Positions 18,439 through 27,367 of a stretch of DNA of 64,000 nucleotides are shown piece after piece (the stretch's first letter is position 1; each line of letters opens with the position of its first letter). The stretch is taken from positions 55,000 through 118,999 of the IMG/VR virus record IMGVR_UViG_2867988698_000004. One strand, 5' to 3'. The position numbers and the translations under genes were made by a program. Source of the stretch: a virus. Its lineage: Duplodnaviria > Caudoviricetes. The notes under the pieces were generated by a model. The model did not search any database. It was not told where the DNA came from and was given only the letters and a program-made list of their open reading frames with translations.

Positions 18439-19059
18439 ACGGATCATGGTAGCCGCAGGTGTCCGCCCGTGGCCGGATGCTGCGCCGACGCGCCTGGGCC
18501 GACGTCCCTGCGGCGCGTGACGGGACCGGGGCGTCCCGGCGAGGGCCGGCGGGGAGGACGCCGGGGCTCCTCAAGGGCGTCGAAGCCTCGGGCGTCGTCA
18601 CCTACCGGCAGGCCCATGACCTGCGGTGACAGCAGCAACCTGGAGGATGGCTAATTTACAGGGGCGTAGGAGAACCACAAGGAAAGACCTACCAGGTTGC
18701 TACTCCCCAGGGGGAGGGGGCACCTATTCCTGGAGGTGGGGAGGCAACCATTCCCCGGGAACGGAAAGGTCGCTATTCTCCGGGGGTGGGGATGCGCCCT
18801 ATAGGAAACGGGTCCCCCTCGACCATTACTTGCATAATCCCCCAGACGCATATTGCCGAATACGACCGGAGGGGGATGTGGGGAACTGTGCGGTGTTCAG
18901 AGCATGTAGATAACGCCAGTGCTAGCATCGAAGCGCGCAGGTGAACACCGTCAAGGCTCTGACCTGCGCAAACACGAAGCCGGCCCCGTGCCCCGGCATG
19001 GACAGTGGGGAGCACGGAGCCGACCGCGTGGGGCGTTGGGTGGCCTGCCGGCTCGCCGG

Positions 19060-19200
19060 TCAGGCCCCCAGCGCCCTCAGGAGGATCTCGATCACCCTCA
19101 ATCCGGTGTCGATGGCCGCAACCCACAGGGTCAGCAGCGCCACGTCCCGCCACCAGGGCTGATCTCGTCCTCCCTCAGGCGACCTCTGCATCTGGGACAC
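19060..19200 (-). CDS. 46-aa small hydrophobic protein (not in the ORF track)
   Basis: AGAGGAG RBS 6 nt before GTG; MSQMQRSPEGGRDQPWWRDVALLTLWVAAIDTGLRVIEILLRALGA. Confidence 0.5.
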   Translation of the reverse strand: MSQMQRSPEGGRDQPWWRDVALLTLWVAAIDTGLRVIEILLRALGA

Positions 19201-19778
19201 GCCCAGCTCCTCTCTGGCCAGGGGTGCCAGTGGACGGCACCCGGTCTGCCGACGCCATCCAGCCCACAGGTCGAATGACGTCGGCCCGGCCCTCCCTCGG
19301 GCATGCGCTCAAGGGGCGGACCGAGATCAGCTGCCAGTCGAGGTCGCCTCACCGCGTGAGTCTAGCGACCGATCCCATCGATATCTGTCTCTACTCGAGA
19401 AGATTCGTGGCGCATACATGGGCCGTCCTGCAGCAGTTATGCACTTGGGTTAGCAATTAACGCGCAATGCAGGGAGGGCGGCGATGGACGAACCACCGAT
19501 CCACCTGCGGAAACCGTCCAGGCTGGCGCCGGGAGGACCGGGGCACCTCCTCCCTGCGCCGACACGCTCAGATGTTGACCGGCTCGCAGGACAGGGTGCG
19601 GCTGCCGCCAGCGATGAGGCCGGGATGCCCCAGACGAGCACCGCAGCAGAGAGCACCCGGGCCGTACGCGGCACCGGATGCCCTCCAGATGGCTGCTGTT
19701 GTGGACGGGCGGCCGGGGGCGTGCTCTTCTCCCGGAAGGTCGCACCCTCGTGGCAGGTGCGTCGCGCCTCACCGCATC

Positions 19779-21119
19779 TCAGTCGCCGTCCTGTTCAGCC
19801 TCCCCATGGCCTTGCTCGTGCCTATCTCCCCTGCGGTCCTGCTCGCCGTCGTCGCCGGAGTCAGGCCGGGTCTGCCACATCTGCCGCAGGTACTTCTGCA
19901 TGGCTGGGGAGTCGGGGTTCTCCAGGAGCTGCTGACGCCGCATCATCGCAACCTGCTGTACGAGATCCCTCCAGGGCATGGTCATCTCGTTGTACGCCCG
20001 TACGCCCTCAAGCGCCTTCTTGAAGATGGAGAGGGTATGCGCGATGTCCTCCATGTCAACGGAGGCGTTCAAGTGGCCAGTCACGGCGGCAATCATGAAG
20101 CCTGCGTCCCTCAGAGCGTCACTGTCGATGCCCATGGTGAACGCCCACCCGTGCGGGGCATCTATGGCGCTGATCTCGTGGTCAGTGATGCGGTCCCGCT
20201 CATCGGTGGTGACCAGCCCGGACACCTGAACAGGCCGGGGGGCCTGGATGGCCTGGGGCTCGTCGGCGGGCTCGGGCACCAGCAGGTCGATGGTGGCGGT
20301 GAACGTCCAGACAGTGCCGCGGTCGACGCGCCCCTGCTCCTCCACGGTGACCTTCGTGTGGTCGAACCTGACCACGGCCCCCCGACGCTCCAAAGCAGAG
20401 CCGACGCTGTCCAGGAACGCCGGCAGCACCGTGTCGATGACGTACTGACTGATCGTCTTCGTGCACAGCTCCAAGCGGCCCTGGGACAGGTCGCCGTGGA
20501 TGCCGTTCTCGGCGAGGAGATCGAGGGCGAGCCGGACCTCGCTGGGGTAGAGGTTGATCCGGTCCACGACGCCGGCGGCCTCGGCCTCCCGGAGCAGGTC
20601 CGGGTGGAACGACCTCTTGCCTTCCTTGCCGTCGCCGCAGAAGTCGCCGTCATCGGAAACCCAAACGATCCGGCGGTCGGGGTTGGCGCGGGCGGTCTCC
20701 AGGATGGTCAGCCAGTTGAGGGTGTCGCGGTAGCCATTGCCGTCCTTCTTGCAGGGCTTGCGGCGCTCGACCTGGCGCCGCACCAGCTCCAGGTGGGGCA
20801 CCGGGACGGGGTCGATGAGGGTCGCGCCGGCGGCGGCGATGGCGTCCGTGACCTCTTGGACGAGCTGTTCGGCGCGTTCCCGGAGGTCGTCGGCGGCGCG
20901 GCGGAGCGCCCTGCTCCTGCGTTCCTTGGCCAGCTCCTCGACGGCTGCGGCGTCGTCACGGTAGCGGCGGCGTAGACGGCCGGTGGCCTCCAGCAGCGAT
21001 ACCTGGGGCACGCGCAGCTCGATCCCCCATGGCTCGGCCTGCCCGAGGATGATCTTCCAGGAGACGGAGTCCAGCCACGGATTCTGTACGAGGGCGTTGG
21101 CGTCCAGCAGCACTATCAC
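19779..21119 (-). CDS. PIN-domain protein (PIN_12/DUF4935-like)
   Basis: IVLLDANAL, LEA, KPC..GYRDTLNW, VSDDGDF acidic PIN residues; GGAGGAG RBS. Confidence 0.75.
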   Translation of the reverse strand: MIVLLDANALVQNPWLDSVSWKIILGQAEPWGIELRVPQVSLLEATGRLRRRYRDDAAAVEELAKERRSRALRRAADDLRERAEQLVQEVTDAIAAAGATLIDPVPVPHLELVRRQVERRKPCKKDGNGYRDTLNWLTILETARANPDRRIVWVSDDGDFCGDGKEGKRSFHPDLLREAEAAGVVDRINLYPSEVRLALDLLAENGIHGDLSQGRLELCTKTISQYVIDTVLPAFLDSVGSALERRGAVVRFDHTKVTVEEQGRVDRGTVWTFTATIDLLVPEPADEPQAIQAPRPVQVSGLVTTDERDRITDHEISAIDAPHGWAFTMGIDSDALRDAGFMIAAVTGHLNASVDMEDIAHTLSIFKKALEGVRAYNEMTMPWRDLVQQVAMMRRQQLLENPDSPAMQKYLRQMWQTRPDSGDDGEQDRRGDRHEQGHGEAEQDGD

Positions 21120-21247
21120 GACCGTGGATTCTCCTCCCCCAGCGGGGGGCGTGGAGGGCGAACACGCGAACCTGCATGGCGGCGTGGACGTGGCGACGAC
21201 CCCCGCCCGTCAGATGGGGCAGGGGCCGTCGAGGCTGCGGCGTGGGG

Positions 21248-21439
21248 TTAGCTCGTGGCGGTCGGCCGGGCGGGCTGGGCGGCGGGGGTGGTCTTGCCCT
21301 TCTCCCGGACGACCGCGCCCGGGTACCGCTTGGCGACCGCGTCGGCGGCGGGCTTGCTGGGGCTGGTCAGCTTGACCGCGCCATCGGGGGTGACGACCTC
21401 GTACTGGGTGCGGTTGCGCTGGCTGCAGGAACAGGCCAT
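21248..21439 (-). CDS. Small phage protein
   Basis: MACSC start, AAGGAG RBS, abuts the upstream gene. Confidence 0.65.
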   Translation of the reverse strand: MACSCSQRNRTQYEVVTPDGAVKLTSPSKPAADAVAKRYPGAVVREKGKTTPAAQPARPTATS

Positions 21440-21440
21440 C

Positions 21441-24400
21441 TCAGACTCCTTCGTGGATCTCGGCCGCCAGGGAGGCGACCAGTTCGGCTCGGACCGGCTG
21501 CAGGGAGGCCTCCAGCTCGGCGATCTCCCGGCGGGCCTGCTCGCGGCGTTCCAGCTCGTCGGCCACCGCGGGGACCAGCGTGGGCATGAGCGCGGCCACT
21601 AGCTCCGGCGCCAGGGCGGCGGCCAGCCCCTCCACTCCCGCCGGCGTCCCGGCCGAGGCTCCGGCCGGTTCCTGGGTGGGGGCGCTGGAGGCGGTCAGCG
21701 CGAGGTTCGAGCGGGAGATCACCGCGCCGATCGCGGAGGCGGCCAGCGGGGTCGGGTAGCCGGGGACGGGCACCGACAGGACGGCCCGCAGGGACCAGCG
21801 GCCGTCCGCGTTCTGCCGCCAATGCCCGGAGGGCGCGCACGCCTGGAAGACGGCCCGGTCCCACTCCGACAGCCAGGGGGCGGCGGCTCCGGAGAACCAC
21901 ATGCCGCGGTCGTTGGTGCCGACCGTGACCAGCCCGGCGACCGTCCGGGTGTTGTCGAACAGCGCGCGGACGCTGGGGGTGTCGGTGCCGTCGTTGTCGT
22001 GGCCGGTGTTCATGGTGAACACCCCGACCCGGATGGTCTGCCCGTCATCGAGCTGGATCCGGGACCGCAGGAAGTGCGTGGTGTCGACGTCCCCCAGGGA
22101 GTCGATGGTCAGGCACTGGCCGGAGTAGCCGTCATGGCACACCCCCTTGCGGGCGACCCAGCCGAAGATGCGGCCCTCGGGGGTGACGTGCACCGGGCCG
22201 TCGTCGGTGGGCAGCTCCTCCGGCGACGGCTCGGCGAACCATGCGGCCGGCAGCGGCGGAAGCTGCTGGAACTGCGCCCACGCCGAGGCCATCACCTCGT
22301 CCATCCCGTCCCCCTCCTCGTCCTCATCACGGTCCTCATCGCGGTCCTCGTTTTGGTCCCAGGGGGCGCGCAGGCTCGGGTCGTCGAACTCCTCGGCCAG
22401 CCGCTCGTACAGGTCCTCCACCCGGTCCCGCAGCCGCTCAACGTCCTGGTCGGGGATGTCGACGCCGCCGCGGCCGCCCTGCAGCACGTTCGCGACGGCG
22501 AACACGCTGCGGGGGATGATGCGGAGCTGGTCGTCGTCCCACACGTCGGCGACGCCGAGCTTGTAGGCCGCCAGCGTCGCCGGGTCGGCGGACTCGTCCC
22601 GCCACAGGAACGCCCGTCCCAGCGCGTCCGGGTCCACCTCGCCATCCGGGCCGGTGGCGTACTCCAGGACGCGGGAGGCGGCAGCGTCCCCATCCCAGGG
22701 GTGGTCGCGGTCGGGGTGGATCGGCAGGTCCAGGTCCCCGCTCATGGCCGCCACCACCTCCCCCGGCCGGGCGGCGGCGGTGGTCTCCCCCTCCTCGGGG
22801 AACGTGGCGGCGCCGGTGTAGCGGCCCGGGGAGACGCGGGTGATCCATCCGGCCTGTGCCGCGCGGGCCAGGTAGCCGCGGGCGCTGGCCACGCTCAGGC
22901 CGGTGTAGCGGGCGACGTAGGCGGCGCCGACCGGGGCCGGCGCGGAGGTCACCAGTTCCACGACGCTGCGCATGGTCTCGCCGCGCGGCCCGGCCGCTGC
23001 GGTCACCTCCTCGTCGAGGACGATGCGGGCCCGGTCGAACGCCGGCATCGCCACGAGGGTGGCGCCGCGGACGCGGGCGCGGGTGATCCGCATGACGTAG
23101 TCCCCGGCGCCCTCGCTGAACAGCACCTCACCCTCGCCGCTGTCCCGGTCCCCGGCCGCTGCGGACAGGGCGGCGGCGGGGAGTCCGGCGGCGGACAGGG
23201 CGGCGGACAGGCCGGTGGGGGTGACGTCTCCGGCCTCGCCTGTGGTCCACTCGACGGTGCGGGTGGCGCGGATGGTCCAGGTGCCGTCCGGCCGCTGCAG
23301 CACCTGCGCGCTGGCCAGGGACGCCAGCAGCACCGGCGCCCCCTCCCCCTCCTCCTGTTGCTGTTCGTCGTGCTGGGTGGGGGTGCGGCGGTCGATGACC
23401 TCCACGTCCACGTCGTCCAGGTCCACCGACACCCCCAGCGGGGCGCCCCGCCGCAGCAGGGCGAGGGCAGCGGCTCCGGCGTCCCGGTCCGGGTACAGCA
23501 CGCCCGCGCCGGTGATGCGGGCGCCGTCGCGGCCCAAGGACTCGATCGACCCGGCGAGGACGGCGCCCTGGTGGCCGCCGAGCATCTCGTCGGCGAACTG
23601 CAGCGGCCACGGCCCCTCCGCCCAGTAGAGGGCTCCGGGGGCGAACAGGCGGCCGTCGCCGGTCTCCTCGTCCTCGAACGCCAGGGCGGTGCCGTCGGGG
23701 GTGGACCAGCGCACCGCCCCCGCCATGGCGGGCAGGTCGAGGTCGAGGCGGCCGGTGAGGGGGATGTCGGTGGCCTCGCCGGCGAACGCCACCCGCACCC
23801 GGTCGAAGGTGACGTCCCCGACCCGCTGGGCGACCTCGGCCAGCCGGGACAGGTCGGGGCTGTAGGCGAGGGTGACGTGCGGGATCCACGGCTCGTACTG
23901 TTCCGGCAGGCCGTCCGGTCCGTACTCCCCGACCGCCTCGCAGACGGCGTCGTGGACCATCGCCAGGCCGGTGCCGGACAGGCCCAGCACCAGCGCCGTC
24001 TCCTGCTCTGAGTCGCCGCCGGGGTTGAACGCGGACGCGGCGAAGGCGCGGGCCTGCACGGGCGGGTGGGTGGCGGTGTAGGCGGTGACGAGGTCGATGA
24101 GCCGGTCCCGCTCCTCGGGGGTGAAGTCGTCGCCGTTGCCGAGGTAGTAGAGGGTGGCGTGCAGCTGCTCGGGCGGCTCCCCGCCGTCGAGGGCCAGGCG
24201 GGCGAGGTCGTCGTCGCTGGGGATGAGCGCGATCATCGCCCCGCTGTAGGAGCCGGCGGCGGTCACCTCCTGGCCGTCGTCGGGTGTGGCTGCTGCGGTA
24301 TGGGCGGTACGCACGGTCCCTCGCTCCTCGTAGTGCTTGATGACCTCGGCGATCTGCTGGTCGGTCAGGTACTGGCGGCCCGCGTCGGGCGGTGGCCATG

Positions 24401-25247
24401 AGCCGTCCGCGTCGGAGATGAGCAGGACGCAGCGGCAGTTGATGACCAGGTCGGGGGGTGCGGTGGGGTCGCCGGGGCAGTCCATCGCCACACCGCCCAC
24501 CGTGAACGTCTCGCCCAGGGCGACGCGCTGGCCGTCTGCGGCGAAGTGCGCGTCCCTGGTGCGGGTGTCGAGGGTGGCGAGCCAGCCTTTCACCAGCTCC
24601 ACGCCGACCTGCTCGGCCTGGGCGCGGGCGGCGGCCAGGGCGGCGCGGTTCCATGCGGCCACGGTCTCGGTTCGGGCGATGCGCGCGGCGCGGGCCTCCC
24701 CCAGCTGCACGCCCCCGGCGCGGAAGGCGTCCCGCACGCGGTCGCGTAGCTCGTTCGGGGTGTCGCCGGTGGCGATGCCGTCCGCGAGGGCCCGGCGGGC
24801 GGCGTCCCACAGGGCGTCGCCGACACCGGCGAGCCGGTTCTCCGCCTCCAGGACGTAGCGGCGGGCCAGCTCCGGGACCTCGATGGGCTCGGCGGGGGTT
24901 GCGGGGTCGGCGGGGTCGTGCGGGTCGTCCAGGTAGCGGCCGGGCAGGTCGTCCGCCCCCGCCGGTGGGGGCGTCCGCATCCACCTGTATAGGGCTTTAT
25001 AGGCGGCCTCGTAGACGGCCAGGAGCGGCGCCACCACCTGTTTGATGCGGGCGGTCCACCAGTCCCGCAGCCGGCGTAGCGCGCCCGGGTCGGACGGATC
25101 AGCCGCCGCCAGGGCGGCGGCGGTGAACTCGCGTTCGAACAGCGCGGCGATCTCCTCCAGGGCGGCGGAGACCTGCCGTTCGATCATCGCCTCCAGGCCG
25201 GTCAGCGTGCGCTCGGCCGCCCGCCGCGCGGTGTCCAGCTCAGCCAC
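21441..25247 (-). CDS. Head polyprotein: MuF minor head + 2H phosphoesterase + capsid maturation protease-like regions
   Basis: RIARTE, KGWLATLDTRTRDAH, PGDP..INCRC (MuF); LHATL and PHVTL (2H); GATLVAMPAF; GRIFGWVA...CH. Confidence 0.75.
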   Translation of the reverse strand: MAELDTARRAAERTLTGLEAMIERQVSAALEEIAALFEREFTAAALAAADPSDPGALRRLRDWWTARIKQVVAPLLAVYEAAYKALYRWMRTPPPAGADDLPGRYLDDPHDPADPATPAEPIEVPELARRYVLEAENRLAGVGDALWDAARRALADGIATGDTPNELRDRVRDAFRAGGVQLGEARAARIARTETVAAWNRAALAAARAQAEQVGVELVKGWLATLDTRTRDAHFAADGQRVALGETFTVGGVAMDCPGDPTAPPDLVINCRCVLLISDADGSWPPPDAGRQYLTDQQIAEVIKHYEERGTVRTAHTAAATPDDGQEVTAAGSYSGAMIALIPSDDDLARLALDGGEPPEQLHATLYYLGNGDDFTPEERDRLIDLVTAYTATHPPVQARAFAASAFNPGGDSEQETALVLGLSGTGLAMVHDAVCEAVGEYGPDGLPEQYEPWIPHVTLAYSPDLSRLAEVAQRVGDVTFDRVRVAFAGEATDIPLTGRLDLDLPAMAGAVRWSTPDGTALAFEDEETGDGRLFAPGALYWAEGPWPLQFADEMLGGHQGAVLAGSIESLGRDGARITGAGVLYPDRDAGAAALALLRRGAPLGVSVDLDDVDVEVIDRRTPTQHDEQQQEEGEGAPVLLASLASAQVLQRPDGTWTIRATRTVEWTTGEAGDVTPTGLSAALSAAGLPAAALSAAAGDRDSGEGEVLFSEGAGDYVMRITRARVRGATLVAMPAFDRARIVLDEEVTAAAGPRGETMRSVVELVTSAPAPVGAAYVARYTGLSVASARGYLARAAQAGWITRVSPGRYTGAATFPEEGETTAAARPGEVVAAMSGDLDLPIHPDRDHPWDGDAAASRVLEYATGPDGEVDPDALGRAFLWRDESADPATLAAYKLGVADVWDDDQLRIIPRSVFAVANVLQGGRGGVDIPDQDVERLRDRVEDLYERLAEEFDDPSLRAPWDQNEDRDEDRDEDEEGDGMDEVMASAWAQFQQLPPLPAAWFAEPSPEELPTDDGPVHVTPEGRIFGWVARKGVCHDGYSGQCLTIDSLGDVDTTHFLRSRIQLDDGQTIRVGVFTMNTGHDNDGTDTPSVRALFDNTRTVAGLVTVGTNDRGMWFSGAAAPWLSEWDRAVFQACAPSGHWRQNADGRWSLRAVLSVPVPGYPTPLAASAIGAVISRSNLALTASSAPTQEPAGASAGTPAGVEGLAAALAPELVAALMPTLVPAVADELERREQARREIAELEASLQPVRAELVASLAAEIHEGV

Positions 25248-25467
25248 GGCGGGCCTCCCTGGGGACGGCGTCGGCGCTGGTGTCCGGGGGGCCGGGGGTC
25301 CATGCGCAGCGGGAGCACAGCGCCCAGCCGCCCACCGTCAGCGTCCCGGACGGGCCGAGCATGGTGATCTCGCTCGTCGCCAGGACCTCCGGGGCGCGGC
25401 AGGCGGGGCAGGCCATCCAGCGGACCTCCGATACCGAGGCGACCGGCGCCACGAACTCGGCGCTCAT
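25240..25467 (-). CDS. Small zinc-ribbon protein
   Basis: CPAC...CSRC; overlaps both neighbours. Confidence 0.55.
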   Translation of the reverse strand: MSAEFVAPVASVSEVRWMACPACRAPEVLATSEITMLGPSGTLTVGGWALCSRCAWTPGPPDTSADAVPREARRG

Positions 25468-26822
25468 GCCGCCGGCTCCTCGGGCGGCCTGGTGGTCTCC
25501 TCGACCGGCAGGCCCTCACCATCCCCGCCGCGGCGGCCAGCGGTCGCCCGCGCCTGGGCGGCCTCGGCGGCGGTGGGGGCGTCGGCCTCATCGAACCCGG
25601 TCTCCCGGCGGGCGGCGGCTCCGGAGATCAGGCCCAGCCCGAACGCCTCCAGCGCCACCTGCGCCCGGTTGGTGCGGACCCGCAGCGGCGCGGTGTCGTA
25701 CCAGACCAGCCACTCGTGGGCGTCCGGGACGTTCTCGGCCTCGAGGATGGGGCGGAGCCACTGGGTGGTCAGGGCGTCGGCGACGGTGGCGAGCTTGGGT
25801 TCCACGCCCAGGCGGATCGCCTCCTCCTGCAGCGCCCAGGCGGACCAGTGGTTGGCGTCGCCCAGGCCCAGCAGGATCTCCGCGGGGACCTCCAGGCCGG
25901 TCGCGAACCGGCGGATGGCCTCCTCCCGCAGCCGGATCGCCGTATCGTCGAACGCGCTTTCGAAGGTGAGGCGCTGGATCTGCCCGATCGTCTCCGGGGG
26001 GACCTCCAGCAGGATCGGCACCGCCGCGGCCGCGGACTCCGGATCGCGGATGGCGGCCTGCGCGACCTCCAAGAACACCTCCATCAGGTCGTCCTCGTCG
26101 CCGCCCGGCTCTCCCGAGGAGGGGAACCGCGCCCCCTGCGGCAGCAGCAGGACACCGCGGCCAGCGAGGCGGGACCGGGCGATGGCGATCACCGACGCCG
26201 ACAGCACCCGCAGCTCCTCCAGCAGGCCGAGGGAGGCGCGGACGGGTGAGTCGGCTTCCAGATGCTTGCGGGGGTGCGGGTCCCAGACCCGGATCGCGAC
26301 CGGCCCCTCGGGGTCGATGCGATCGGGGTCGCCAGCGGGGATCTTGACCTCCTCCCCGTCGATCTCGGCGGTCAGGTCGTTGCCCTGCCGGCGCATCTCC
26401 AGCACCGACAGCACCCGCCATTCCTGGCCGTCCCCGTCGCCGGTGGGGGTCTCGGTGGGGCGGATGAGGATCCAGCCCTCCCCCGCGACCACTAGGTGCG
26501 GGCCGAACGCGGCCAGGAGCTGGGACTGGCCGAGGGGTCCTCCGGCGATGGCGGCGACGATCTCGGTGGCGCGGTGGCCGTCCGGGGCGGGCTCGATGCT
26601 GGTGCCGTCCGCTGACCGGCGGCCCGCGTACAGGCGGGCGCCGCCCATGGCGTTGCCCGCCCAGGTCGCGGCGAAGCGGACCTCGGGGGTGGTGGAGTAG
26701 TACTCCCAGGCCGCTTCCTGCCAGGACTGGTTGGGTTCCTTGGCGCGGCTGAGGCGGCGCTCGACGAACCGGGCCGCCGCGGCGGTGAGCTCCCGGGGGC
26801 CGCGCCTGCGGCGGCTGGTCAT
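25464..26822 (-). CDS. Portal protein
   Basis: WQEAAWEYY..PEVRF, RSRLAGRGVLLLP, EILLGLGDANHWSAW; position after terminase. Confidence 0.75.
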   Translation of the reverse strand: MTSRRRRGPRELTAAAARFVERRLSRAKEPNQSWQEAAWEYYSTTPEVRFAATWAGNAMGGARLYAGRRSADGTSIEPAPDGHRATEIVAAIAGGPLGQSQLLAAFGPHLVVAGEGWILIRPTETPTGDGDGQEWRVLSVLEMRRQGNDLTAEIDGEEVKIPAGDPDRIDPEGPVAIRVWDPHPRKHLEADSPVRASLGLLEELRVLSASVIAIARSRLAGRGVLLLPQGARFPSSGEPGGDEDDLMEVFLEVAQAAIRDPESAAAAVPILLEVPPETIGQIQRLTFESAFDDTAIRLREEAIRRFATGLEVPAEILLGLGDANHWSAWALQEEAIRLGVEPKLATVADALTTQWLRPILEAENVPDAHEWLVWYDTAPLRVRTNRAQVALEAFGLGLISGAAARRETGFDEADAPTAAEAAQARATAGRRGGDGEGLPVEETTRPPEEPAA

Positions 26823-27145
26823 CGGGAGTCGTCCCACCGGTTGGCGAGGACGGCGGCGCCGGCGACCGCCAGCCACTCGATCCCGTGCACCAGCAGCGGG
26901 GCGTCGTCCCATCTGCCTGCGGCGAGGAGGTAGGTGGCGAGGATGGCGCCGGACAGCCACCAGCCGGTGCAGTACACGCAGCCGATCAGCATCACCGCGG
27001 CCGTGCGCACCCTGGATTCGGGGCGGCGGGCGTGCCAGGCGTGAACGGCGCCGCGGGCGGGGTCGAGAATGCTGTCGTGGACGGCCAGCTGGGTGGCACG
27101 GTACCCGGCCAGGGCTAGGACGAGGAGTTCGAGCAGGCTGAGCAA
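26819..27145 (-). CDS. DUF1360-like membrane protein
   Basis: LAGYRATQLAVHDSI, CVYCTGWW, hydrophobic helices. Confidence 0.7.
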   Translation of the reverse strand: MLSLLELLVLALAGYRATQLAVHDSILDPARGAVHAWHARRPESRVRTAAVMLIGCVYCTGWWLSGAILATYLLAAGRWDDAPLLVHGIEWLAVAGAAVLANRWDDSR

Positions 27146-27167
27146 GGGGCGCTCCCCCGCAGTGATG

Positions 27168-27188
27168 CCCGGCCCCTGGCCAGCGGCT
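27168..27188 (-). promoter_or_regulatory. 21-bp late leader motif, copy 3
   Basis: Identical motif, 8 nt after TAGTCT, heading the portal operon. Confidence 0.7.
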
Positions 27189-27367
27189 CCATGATCAGAC
27201 TAGCCCGCAACACCAGCGGCAGCCTGCGCCCACCACACACCCTGGTAGGGGCCGCCCGGATCAGAAGGAACGGGTAGCCGAAACACCCATGCCGGGAACG
27301 GCCATGCGGCACCTGGCGATCCAACCCGGGACAACACTGGGTGCTGCGAGAAAGGCGGGAGCGGCCC

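Noticed and set aside
19214-19224. Fifth copy of the late leader motif
   Set aside because: Only the 11-nt core CTGGCCAGGGG matches, with no matching -10 or downstream gene.
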